NCBI GenBank assembly: GCA_009103225.1
Contig: RHPI01003009.1
Coordinates: forward strand, 601,354-665,353
Length of the DNA: 64,000 nucleotides
Source of the DNA: Chlorokybus atmophyticus
Taxonomy: Eukaryota; Plantae; Mesostigma and Chlorokybus algae
Direction: 5' to 3'
Of the stretch, positions 12,878 through 24,103 are shown one piece after another. Every line of letters starts with the position of its first letter. Position 1 is the first letter of the stretch. The notes beneath the pieces are model-generated. The model had not been told where the DNA came from. It searched no databases and saw only the letters and a list, made by a program, of their open reading frames with translations. Both the position numbers and the translations under genes were made by a program.

Positions 12878-12919
12878 CTACAGGAGCAAACGTTGGAGGT
12901 CAAGCTGCTCGCGTGGGAG

Positions 12920-13352
12920 TGTTGAGAGTTATTCCTACATACGATCAGCATCGACCCTCCACATAGGAGTAGAAGGTCATAAGGACGAGCACTAGGTCCG
13001 GACTTGGCAAGATGACGTCGTCGGACCAGACTCCGGACTCCAGACTGGAGCCTTACCAACCGCTTTGTATCTCCGCGTATACTTACTCATATTACACACA
13101 TTGACGTGTAAGAGCTTGTTGGAAAGCTCTGGTTGTAAGGAAGACAACACATCTTAGAGCGCGTCAAAAGGCTGAGTATAGCTTACGCAATGCTTGCAAA
13201 CGTAGACATGTGTGTAACTGGCTGGTATAAGAACCAGCGGACAACTTGTAGTAGATGGATGTGATGTGACTTGTGTATGCTCTGGTGGCGGTAGCTCTGT
13301 CTCTGTGCATCCATGCTTGCCTCAACTACATGTGCATGCTAGTCCTTCAACA
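12920..13352 (+). repeat. Copia 3' LTR (433 bp)
   Basis: Matches the 5' LTR; preceded by a short PPT-like GTGGGAG. Confidence 0.96.
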
Positions 13353-14103
13353 CGCATCAAGTTCGAAAAGGGGCTGGCATCCCAAAGAAGGTGATATGGA
13401 GGCATTTAGCCGCCATCACCAAGGCGGAGCGAGAGATGGTGGCAACCTACGTCAGCCTTCTACCTATCCTGCTAATCACCTCTTACAGCGACCGCTAAGG
13501 ACAACATTGGGAGCAGGCCATTGCAGCAGAAGCTCTACGCTTAGCCTTGGATGCCGCTGCAGAGTACGCGCACTGTGGTGCTCCACTGGCTGCCCCACCG
13601 GCTGCCCCATTTGTTGATTCACCAAACTCGTCCTCTACTCCGTCCACACGGGTACATTGATCTCCTTCACCAAGTGACGCACCCGGACCCGATGCTGCTC
13701 CACCCACGCCCGTACACGGCTCTTCCTCCATGTCTCGTCTTTGAGTGGATCAGCTCTCTCACAATCATTATCCCTGCCGGAAGATCAACTAGCACCACCG
13801 GTGTGTTGTCACTCACTCTAAAACGTGAATTACTGTGTGCAGCACCAGCCGTGTTGAACTCCGCCGGTGATGTTTGTGCAAGTCCTCTTGAGAACGTGTG
13901 CAAGGATGCCATGTTGACCTATGAATAAATAAATTGTCTACCCCCCCCCCCCTCCTAAGCTGATAATGAATCAACTTCAGCTGCAATGTATACGCCTGAT
14001 CTGACGTAGTATATAACAAAAAGTTAAACACTACTTACGCAAATTATTGAATGAATGTGTCACACAGACTTGCTATTAAACCTGTAAATAAAGCAATACC
14101 CCT

Positions 14104-14136
<33 letters not shown>

Positions 14137-14159
14137 NCCCCCCAGCTCAGCTCCAAATT

Positions 14160-14790
14160 AGCACTTACGGATAACAGTGCGTAGCGCCTAAGGTTGGGCT
14201 TGATCCGCATTGGGAAGGTGTAGGCCGTAATGTAGCGCGGCATTGGCGCGTCTGACAGAAATGTGGTTGAGGAGTAGTGCGAGGAGATGGGGAGGCGCAG
14301 GGGAATGGCTGCGTGAGTGCCGTCACCTTGGTGCTAAAGAGGTCGAAAGAGGGCATACTCTATTGAAGTGTCAATGGTGGCACATATGGGATACAACGCC
14401 TCCATGCCCACAAGCACAATAAACATTCAACGATTACGAGTTTCGAAGTCGAAGACCAAGCAGAAAACCCCCAACACTGTTGCATGCTATAAATTGCAAC
14501 GGAATGCGCCGACGAGTCTCACCCCTGATGGTCTCGAGCTCGCTTTGAGCGGTGCGAATCTCGTGAGAGGTGTTGTTAAAGTCGTTAAGGTCAATCCCGA
14601 GACGTTCTACAGCACTCCTGCCAACGATAACGGGATGAGCACCGGTGTCAAAGACGACGTGGCGCAGCAACCAGTCAAAGTTTGCAAAGCGGACATGGCC
14701 CCGCCAGTTGTTGACCATGCCAATGTTGGGGCGAACCTGGAGCCTATCCAAAGTACGGGGCCGAAAAATTCCCACAGGGGTGACGCCGGG
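14160..14790 (-). pseudogene. Retroviral-type aspartic protease region of a Ty3/Gypsy element
   Basis: HVVFDTGAHPVIVGRSAVERLG (DTG motif), then after a frameshift FIVLVGMEALYPICATIDTSIEYALFRP..HQGDGTHAAIPLR. Confidence 0.75.
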
Positions 14791-14929
14791 GCTCCAACGA
14801 GAGCAAGGTGCTCGGGCAAAGTTTTATTGAACACGACCAGAGCGGACCGGGGTCCTTGCTTTGTGCCGGAGGCTGCCTGCAGTTGTGGATGGCGCTAGCG
14901 GTGGTTATACGACGATGTTCTCTGACGCA

Positions 14930-16210
14930 TCATGATAGCCAGCGCAAGAAGATTCCTCCACCCAACCACCGGGCCATCGTCGCCAACTTGCATCACCAGC
15001 TTGGGCACTTCGACATAGAGCGCACTGCCAACATGGTGTGCGGTAACTACTGGTGGGACGGACTGGCACGCAATGTTGCATTGAGACAGTGTAAGTCCTG
15101 CGGTTGCATCTGGGCAAGCTTCTCACATCACCACCCTCAGCTGCATCGCTTGCCCATCATGGGGCTGGGTTACCGCTGAAGTATGGACCTTACAAGTGAG
15201 TTGCCCATCGCACTCCGCGGTAATGTATATAAACTTGTCGCCATCAAACACTTCAGCAAGTGGGTGAAGCTGATACCTCTGCCAGACAAGACAGCATTCA
15301 CTGTGACGCGGGCGTACCTAGAGCATATTCTCAGCAGGCTTGGCGCTTGCGCAGAACTGCTTATTGACAACGGCATCGGGTTTCAGGGGAAATTCGACAC
15401 TCTGCTCAACCGCTCACTCATTGATTACCGCGGCACCAGCCGTGATCATCCTCAGGCTGACGGCCTGGCAGAGAGGATGGTGCAGACCGTTAAAAAAGCG
15501 CTCCGTTGCTACTGAATGACCCCCCGGCATGAAAAGTGGGATGATTGACTGCCTTGGCTTGCGCTCGGGTACTGTTGCATGAGGCAAATGGCCTTGCATT
15601 CCTTGAGCCCCTATTTCCTCAGGTTCGGGCGGAAACCTCTGCTACCCTTTTGCATCCATTACGCAACACAAGCATTGGAGGACCTCATCAACAAACCCAT
15701 CCACATGATGGAGGTGTTGACAGTTCGAGCTACAGTGCTCAAAGCCTTTGTGCCCATCGCTTTCGCCAACCTTAAAATGTCGCAACGACGTGACAAGCGG
15801 CGCTACACCCACGTACGTACCGGGGGCTACGTTACACAGACACGCAGGTTCTACGTTGGAGACTATGTGTACCGCAAGAAGTAGACCAAAAACACCCCGA
15901 CGTGGCTAATTAATGGCATCGCGTACAAGGTGGTACAAGTGCGCACTCAAGGCACATTGTCACTGCGGGACCCCTCTGACGGCACAAAGGTGGACCACGT
16001 GAAGAATTGCTTCCCTTGTCATCTGCCATATGTTAAAGGTCTTGGCAAACCCCGCGTGTTCAGAAACTGCAATGCACCGGTTGCGCATCGGATCGTCGGC
16101 CATTTATGAAGTGTGACACTTGCTGAGAGTATTGGCATGAGGCTTGCAGTTTTGGTGTGACACCCCTTGTCGCCGACCCCAACGTGGCGTCTTCCTTTGC
16201 CAGCCCCACT
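14930..16210 (+). pseudogene. Ty3/Gypsy integrase with C-terminal PHD finger, decayed
   Basis: HHCC region HHQLGHF...YWWDGL...CKSC; core MDL, AIKHFSKW, IDNG, TSRDHPQADGLAERMVQTVKKAL; C-terminus RFYVGDYVY...HVKNCFPCHLP; then CTGC-x9-CDTC*EYWHEAC (16073-16147). Confidence 0.85.
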
Positions 16211-16273
16211 ATGGCGCTGTCACAGGTGCCAAGCTCATCGCGAGGGCGCCGATGACCAGGCAGGGGGAGGGCT

Positions 16274-16535
16274 TGTTGAGTGATCACAGCCTCCTACCAA
16301 GCTTACGGGACCACACAGTTCGTTTTCCCTTACTACTCCCTTCCCCTGCACTTATTACCCCATCATCACGAGTAACGCAGCCCTCTGGCTCCTTCACTTG
16401 TCGCCCTCAAGCTGCACCACAACACCACTTGCTTTGAGCACACATACACCTCACTGTATGTGTTTCCCTTGGAGACATACCCCGTAGTCGAGGCTTACCT
16501 GCACGACAGCTGTCACGGTGATGACCCTCGGCACA
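16274..16535. repeat. LTR-like segment (TGT...ACA, 262 bp) with a second partial copy at 17371-17500
   Basis: TGTTGAG...GGCACA. Segment 16388-16514 is repeated directly at 17371-17500 (ggctccttca...aagct(g/a)caccacaacaccacttgcttt...ggcttacctgcacgacag). Purine tracts flank both ends in opposite orientation. Confidence 0.65.
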
Positions 16536-17144
16536 TACTTCCCCCTCACACCCCTGGTGCGCTGACACCAGCATTAGGAGCGGTCAAACTAGATCATCAA
16601 AAGTCGGACAGCGTGACAAGACCCATCGACATCGCTCTTTGGTGTCAGCCAATAAGGACAAGAGTAGTAGCGGCGGCCAACATAAACAGCTTTCTTAGGC
16701 AAACCCTGGGGAATTATTCAAATTGCAAGTAAGCGGACTTGCACAGAAGCGGCGACGTTCCTTTCAATACTTTGGAAAGTTACCATCAGATTAAACGAAC
16801 CGCGAGCATGCACGCTGCCTTGTGTAAGAGTTAAACTTGTAAAAGCTGTTGCCCAAACTCCTTGCTATATACCTTTTGCTCCGCTGTTGCCTTGCCCTGG
16901 GTGCTCTGTCTCTCTCTTGCATTGTTGTGTTAAACTCGTGGCGCTGCCACAGCTTCATTGCCTGCGGACTGCATCCTCCTCTGCCTAACACGGTACTCTG
17001 CGTGCCTTGCACACCCACAATCGCGGTTGTAGGCATCCGCTTGCTGTTAGGTAAGTGCTTGCAGCACGTAAACTCGCTTTACTTAAAGCAAACTTGAGTC
17101 ACACACGAACATACTTGCATAACTGCTGTGTGCTTGTTCACATT

Positions 17145-17369
17145 CATCCTTACGCCCACGCTCAGCACTGATGCCAATCCACTGCCGCCTCCTCCAAACA
17201 ACTCAAAGACAGTGATGCCGTTGCGACGCCGCTGTGGTGTCAGGCACAATGTAGAAGGATCCAGTTGGCGTCGAGGATCACCAGGCACAGGGGGCGAGGT
17301 GATCGGAGAGGTGGCCACGCGGGCCGCAATAGCTTGCGCGAGCCGGTGGTGTTGCGCGAGGTCTTGCAC
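17145..17369 (-). pseudogene. Truncated N-terminus of a putative cytosine-5 DNA methyltransferase (motif I) in Gypsy remnant
   Basis: PPVPGDPRRQLDPSTLCLTPQRRRNGITVFELFGGGGSGLASVLSVGVR: a beta-strand followed by ELFGG..G.L resembles the SAM-binding motif I of C5-MTases. No motif IV (PC) is found downstream. Confidence 0.55.
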
Positions 17370-17829
17370 AGGCTCCTTCAGTTATCACCCCTCAAGCTAC
17401 ACCACAACACCACTTGCTTTAAGCACACATACTCCTCACTGTATGTGTTTCCCCTGCGAGACATACCCCGCAATCGAGGCTTACCTGCACGACAGTTGTC
17501 TTGAGGTTGAGCTTCGTGCTATGCGGTTCACTCGATAATTTCGCGTATCATCAATGCATGACGCAGTAACTGCACTTATGCGTACACAACCAGTACATTA
17601 TTATAAAAGGGCATTTACATGTTTTGTGTACAACTTATCCATGGCTTTTGTTTTGTTTGTATGAGGCCTTTCCAAGCGCTTTGCATAAGTGTCATTCGTA
17701 GTTTTATTCTTAATTCGTCATTATTGTGCTCATGTGTGTTTCGCTTTAATTACATCATTTCTTGCTGCGCATGTTTGTTCCAGACAACTTCTATGGCTTG
17801 AATTTGTAAGCACGGGTGCATATGGTGCG

Positions 17830-18075
17830 ATACTTTTAGCACGCGTGTGTGTGCCTGGGATGCGGAGTGGGTCTCCCATGAAATTGTAGGTTGTATGTGT
17901 TGTAATTACGGGTCCTGATACCTTTGACACGCGCGCGTATGCACAGGATGCGGAGTGGGTCTCACATGAGAGTGCAACTGATGTGTGAGTGTGAGTGTGA
18001 GTGTGAGTGTGAGTACGACGTCCTAATACTGTAAACACGCGCGCTTGTGCACGGGATGCAGAGGGTCTCACATAG
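17830..18075 (+). repeat. Three degenerate copies of a ~40-bp motif at ~90-110 bp spacing
   Basis: GGATGCGGAGTGGGTCTC(C/A)CAT at ~17859 and ~17947, and GGATGCAGA-GGGTCTCACAT at ~18054, each preceded by (a/g)cacgcg. Confidence 0.7.
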
Positions 18076-18860
18076 GATTGCAGGTTATTTGTTTGTGTGT
18101 GTGTGTGTGTGTGTGTGGAGGTGGTGGGGGCCGCGCAAGCGCAAGCCCCCTCTGGCACAAATTTTGCTGTACAGACACCCCGTAGGGTGTTGTTGGGCAT
18201 TGCAGCAACCGAAGTGCAATGGAAGCCACGCAGCCCAGGCCATCCGCCTTAGTGATCGCGGATAGACCCCAGCCAGGTAAGTACCTAACACAGTTTGTCA
18301 CAAAGTTTATGTACCCCCAATCCTCTCGCGTGACTGCATCGAAACCGCTGGGGGCCAGCACACGTCAGACATCGTTGGATTGAGCGCGACATTGTATTCA
18401 AACCGTCGATCTACATTCTTAGGCCAAAAATAGAGAGACGCGCATATCACGTGATGTTACAGTGCTGTACGCAGGCGGCGGCGGCTGCAGCAGTGTGAGC
18501 GAGGTGGGCGGCAACCTTGGCGTCAACATTGTAGAAGTTGGTGTTGATTAAGAGAAGCAAATTTCTCTGCGAAGATGGGTCGGCGGAATTGCGCAGTTTG
18601 ATCTGGTTTTCAGGGTCAAGCTGGAGGGACCCCGGCTGCTGGTGTTTCAGGGCAGCAGCTGCGGCGGCACTGCGCGGAGAGCTTTTCTTCTTGACGAGGC
18701 TGCCACCAACGCCGCCGCCGCTGCCGCCAGCAACACCGCTTCCACCTCCACCACCTCCACCTCCACCTCTACCCCAACCTCCTCTTCCTCCTCCTCCGCC
18801 TCCTTATCCAGCAGCGGCGGCATCCCCGCAGGCAGTAGCTCTCATAGAGATACCAGTGTG

Positions 18861-20642
18861 ATGGCTGCAGACAGGCTTGAACACCAGCGCAGATGGCTCA
18901 AGGTGTCACACACAGTTCTGGGGGGAATGCTGCTTTTTTACAATGTGCAAGTGGCAATCTGAACCTGTTGTTTGCCTCTGTGCAGGCCTATGATGAGTGT
19001 TTGGAGGCGGACAGCTGGGGTCAGATGGAAGAGGCAATTGACGGCTACGAAAGGTGAGCAGGCACTATGTCAGTAAAAGCAGTAATTACCGATTGTCTTC
19101 TTGATAGATGGACTCAAGTAAGTTGTGTAGGCTTGCGGCAAGGGTTAGTGCAGAGGAGCACAGCAACACCCTGCGACTGGATACCGATGAGAAGGTACAA
19201 CATCACTGTAGCAAACAGCAACACTGGCGAGCAACAATACCAATAGTCAAGCACATGCAGGCCGTTCTTGGAAAGCTTTCGGCAAGCTTGCGATTGAGAG
19301 TGAGGGCGTTGAAGGAGAACGGGAACTCATTCACGCTTTCGCACGCAAAGTTGCTAAAACCAGGTACAACTTTGAGCTGTTTCACAGCTTGACATCTCCC
19401 AGCATATTTCAACATCATGTCACCCCAATCTAACATCGTGTCCATGTGACTGCAGTGTTTGTGGAAATCCTGATTGGCCAAGCTCCAAAGTTCCCGGCAG
19501 GCGTCCCAACTCAAAGGTGTGTTTGTCATGCAGAGAACTTGCAGAAATCAACGCTAGCTGCTACCTGGTGTATAAATGCGCATGTTATGTGGGCAGTGGT
19601 GTTGTTGCACCGCACCAAGTTGCGCCCATCGCTGGCTTCTCGGGCTCCACTGCTGGCGCAGAACCCGGAGAACCGCAGGTTGGCTGCGCTGTTACCACTT
19701 ACTCATCAACACCACATGCTGATATCTTATATTCCCCAACACTTTCCTGCCATTACGTGCACAGGGTGGGTCCCTGCTTTCCCCCTTGCCCTTATCTGCC
19801 GGCGGATCATTGCTCTCCATCGCCATCGAGCGCATGGGCTTCAAGGACGCTGTGGCCTTCCTTGACCCCTTTATCACAATCTCTGTTGTTGGTGAGTCAT
19901 CTCGAAGAGAGAGAAAAAGAGAGAGGGAGTCTCAGACAGGTGAACCAAAAGTCTTGTGTGTGGCAGATGCGAAGGGGCAGGTTGTGGGGCCAGTGCAGGA
20001 CACGCCCAAGACGAACAGGAATAAGCCCAATTATGTGATGTTCGGGTCAACGTGCCACATACAGACGCCTCTGAATCAACTGGAAGAAGGTGAGGGGATC
20101 ATCGTGTCTGTGTACAAAAGATGGTATGCCAGTTAGGGCACATGCATAGTGTGACGAGCATGAGACATGCATGTTGTCACGCATTTATCTTCCAGTAAGG
20201 GCACATGCAAGCAGTCAGCGGCTGTCACAGTGCTATTACCACCGGGCTAAGTACTAAGACGCTAAGACTACTTGGCTACTGTGCGAGTGTGCACTTGTAT
20301 TGCGGCTTCAGTCATGCTGGTGATTGTTATGCTGGCAGGGAGCGCAATCATCCTCGAGTTCAAACACTACAAGCCGAAGAAGAAGAAGATTAGTACCAAG
20401 GCGTGGTGCTTCATGGAGATGGATGAAATCCAACATGGCCCTATTGCTCTTGAAATGTGAGTTGCCACATACTACGCTTCGCACCTGTCTGTGCAATTCT
20501 GACTCCAGTGCACATCACTCTAGCTAACTACTCTGCTGTGCACAGCTATCGAAAACCGACAGACTTGAGGAGGAAAAACCTCCACTTGCTGAGCATTAAG
20601 CCTCTGTACCTGCACTTGAACCTCTTGATAGCCAAGCCATGA
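18861..20642 (+). CDS. AIDA: AIDA-like protein (Aida_N helical domain + Aida C2 domain), ~9-10 exons
   Basis: Spliced by hand: MAADRLEHQRRWLK|AYDECLEADSWGQMEEAIDGYER|...|LSIAIERMGFKDAVAFLDPFITISVV|DAKGQVVGPVQDTP...|GSAIILEFKHYKPKKKKISTKAWCFMEMDEI...|YRKPTDLRRKNLHLLSIKPLYLHL*. Confidence 0.88.
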
Positions 20643-20763
20643 TGATCTTGCTTAGCTATTGCAGTTAGACCTCGTTGGCTTCAGCAAGTAGCATCATTGT
20701 TCAATCCCAGCTAAAGTGCTCGTGCGTTGGCTACACACAGTGCTACATCTGCGCTCTCCAACA

Positions 20764-23097
20764 TCACATGCCGGGTGGCCTGTTCTGGTGGAGAAAGGCT
20801 CTGTACAGTGGAAGACATGTTGGTTTTAACATATACGCATGACACCATGTTGCATTGCACATCCAAGCTCAGGATAAAAGAGTAGGTCACCTGTTATGTA
20901 CTGCCGGATGCGGCCGGCCATCTTGGCTGCTGCGGTGCTGTTCCAGCCCAGCTGCAACTGGCATGCTTTGTTGCGTAAAACGGTTCTGCTTCAGTCACAT
21001 TAGGATGCGTGACCACATGTTTTGACATTAAAGCAGAAAAAGATCACATGTACAGACGGTACACTGGTTACAACACTAATTTGGGTAACCATACCTGTGA
21101 GCCAAATGCAGCTTGCTGACTGAGAGAGAATGCTGGGCGCTGGTTGCCCAAAGCTGCCCCAGAAGGTCTTCCTTCAAATGTGGGTTGCGCCGGGGCAGCA
21201 TAACAGCTTAGCCGCCGTTGGGTGCCACCAAAAGGCCCTCCCGCAGCGACAGGTTGGTTCACACGCTGCGTGTTCTGCCTGGTTGTGCTCGCCTCTTGCA
21301 GCACGTGAGGCTTTTGACTACTGCTGCGCAATGGTTGCCTTGCATTGAAAGCGTTGATGGCAGCTTGCGCAGCGTCTGTGGCTTTATGCTGTCGAGACGG
21401 GGTATAGGTTGGCTCAGGTGAGAAAGTCGCATCATCATCAGGCCACATTGTGCAGCTAGTAGGTGCTGGTGCTGTCGATGGGACGTGTCCACCAAGCGAA
21501 GGTACCATGTCCTCGTCATCATTCTCTTTGTCAACCTCTGGATCAAGACCCTCCAACTGTGTTTGTGCATCCCCATGCGCGCCAACTTGTGATGCCCGAA
21601 CAGGTTGCAAAGCATCCGACAACGGCTGTGCGGTGCTCGTATTGGCTGCCTGACCTGCAGTTACGCGACAACTTTGGGCTGTGGTTTACTGTGCAGTTTG
21701 ACAATGAAATTGTTGTTTACATTGACCAGCAACCTTGCGATGCTTGTGTGGGTTCACTATCCGTGCGGTTGTGGTCATCACTTGCAGAGGGGGTAGCTGC
21801 TGTACTCGGCTCAGCGCTCTACACAGCCACCCGAGATGCATTGGGATGTTTAGTAAACATGCGGAGGTCAAGTCAAACCAACGAGAAAACTGATGCAAGT
21901 ATCGTTTTGCAGTCACCTCCTCAGCTTGCTCAGCTTCTGATGGACTTTGCAGGTCAACAGGGTCACTTGACCCTGCAGGAATCACCTGCAGATAGATGCG
22001 CATCAGCATGGCCCCAGATTAAACAACAGCTCTGTTGAGCACTCTCGAGCGATAGCTGTGCTTACACATGAAACATTGGGCAAAGCTATGAAGAGGTAAT
22101 GCCACCGCTCCTGCAAATTGGACAATACAGCAACCTGCAGACACACGCATGAGACAACAATTTTGCAGTTTCACTTGATTCCATCATCACGGCAGTTGCA
22201 GAAAGCATAGACAGACCCACCTGTAGCAGAAAGAACATACACGGCACACACGCACAGAACAGACAGGTACATGACAACCGGGCTCCTCACTCACACTTGT
22301 CAAGCCCAGGACAGCGCCTGCTTTCAGCAAATGTGCATGTGGCGAGCTCAGCACGCTGGGGTGAAAGACGCCTGTGATTTTACCTGTTGGATCCTGCAGC
22401 AAAGGTATGCCAATTCGGTACGTGCATCAGCACCAACCCAACAACACACCTGGCACTTGCTCAGCAATGCATTCACATGGAAGCCGACAGTTAAGCAAGC
22501 ATGATGTACATAAGTGCACTCAACCGGAGCACACACACAATACCTGTAGCTGCACTACAGCTTCATTGCCCTTTGAAACGCTGATGTGCTTAATGGCTAC
22601 CAGTAACTGCACAGCCACAACGCAAGCTATAAATCAGCCATTGCACAGACGCAACAGCCTTCCAGCGTTACACATCATGAGAGTATGCAACACAATGTAC
22701 GCTGGGCACTCGATGTCCACACTCGTCACGAACCACACGCCTGACGCTTGTCGTCAGCTTGGGGTGGGCTGCTTGTAAGATGACCATCAACAAATGTCAA
22801 AGCAACAACAGCAAGCGTAATCACTGTCTCACCTTCATCAAACTTATCCAACCCCAGCAAGGCCATGGCGCTAACCCAAGCACGCGATTCGAAGACAGTA
22901 TCCGGCTTTGGCCCGCGACGGCGATCTCTGCTTGTAGTTCGCCCAATGTCATTAGCTTGATGGTTTGGTGCTTGAGTGGCTTCTCCTCCGAGGCTTCCTC
23001 CCCGCTGCTGCGCCGAAGCCGGGCCGGGGATTGGGTTGCTGGAATGACGCCTGCTGCTGATCCTTGCAGCAGCCTCGTGGCTTATGCCCCACGCCAT
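20764..23097 (-). CDS. HROB: Homologous recombination OB-fold protein (HROB/MCM8IP/C17orf53-like)
   Basis: IPGPAS motif; FESRAWVSAM; LLVAIKHIS...LQ|DPTGKITGVFHPSVL...LKAGAVLGLTS|VAVLS...HYLFIALPNV (OB fold); low-complexity tail. Both termini are less certain. Confidence 0.72.
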
Positions 23098-23834
23098 GGC
23101 TTCAGCGGGATGCTAACACTGCATATATGTGTGCGTCAGCTTACATGCAAGTAACATCTGTTAGGTGCTCTGGCTGCATTTAACACTGCTCAGTTTCCTC
23201 GAGTGAGCCAGGTTTCTATGCAAAGATGTTGCTATCGCTGGTACCAAGGCAAGGCTGCTACCAGGCAGCATGCTAATAAGATGGTGTAGTAAGCTGTTCC
23301 TTCTGTTTGTATGTGTAACATCTACACATGACGTAGCAGATGACAGTCGCACCCCTTGCAAGCTAAGCAAATCATACACAGTAGCTTACATGCTAGGTTG
23401 GTGCAAGCCAAATACGAGACGAAAGAAAACAATGCTGGCTGGCCCCAGCTGCCTGAACCTGCTGGAAGCTAGCGCAGCCTGACGTCCAACTCACCTGAAC
23501 GGCGGTTGCAGACCACCGCCTCATGTGCTACGTCCAGGAAGCGTTTACCTCCGGTTGCGCGCCCAAAGCAACCCTGATGTCACTGCTGCTCTATCTTCAT
23601 CTCAAGCTGGAGGGCAAGCTGCAGGGCCATAGCTTGCCTGGCTGACCAACAAGTGGTTTAAGGCTTGGTGATGTGGACAGAAAGCCTCAAGTGTTGAGCT
23701 TCCACACTGAACACACCGCGTCTCACCCTGACCCAATGCAGCTAAGCTGTGAGCTGGCTGATGTTGTTCAACACCTCGCATGTGCAGCTTCCGCACGCAA
23801 GCAGCATGCACGTCAGTCGCAGGCAAGCTTCAGC

Positions 23835-23842
23835 GCGGGAAA
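23835..23842 (-). promoter_or_regulatory. E2F-type site TTTCCCGC upstream of HROB
   Basis: Plus strand GCGGGAAA, in the HROB/mS35 divergent promoter region. Confidence 0.4.
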
Positions 23843-24103
23843 ATAGCAGCTGAGCTTTCTATCCTCGCGAATAAGAATACTCAGGCGTATTCATACGACA
23901 ATACTGCGCACAAGCTATTGCTTGTTGCTTGCGTACAGGCATAACATTGTTGATTGGCTACAAGCATACAGTGCTTTGCTGCGGCGGCAGTGTCGCTGTG
24001 GCGGTGGCGGTGGCGGTGGCGGCGTTGTGGCGCTGTCGTGGGTGACGAGTTCAAGCTTGTGACCTTACTAGTCGGTTGCAGTGCTACTCTGTGCCGCTGT
24101 AGC

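Larger units (their letters stand above)
8421..13352 (+). mobile_element. Ty1/Copia LTR retrotransposon, full length, degenerate
   Basis: LTRs 8421-8845 and 12920-13352 (TGTTGA...TCAACA); exact 5-bp TSD CGCAT at 8416-8420 and 13353-13357; PBS at 8846; domain order gag-PR-INT-RT-RH. Confidence 0.97.

Noticed and set aside
13939-14143. Poly-C runs (13939-13953 and 14104-14143, including an N) as G-quadruplex or tail elements
   Set aside because: The ambiguous base and pure homopolymer suggest low-quality sequence or an assembly artefact; cannot be supported without reads.
5777-16126. In-frame TAG/TGA codons in TE ORFs as evidence of a reassigned genetic code
   Set aside because: The same ORFs also have frameshifts. 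Host genes end at the expected positions with TAG (mS35, GET4, BolA2, RAP, GatA), TAA (CreA) and TGA, so these are decay mutations.
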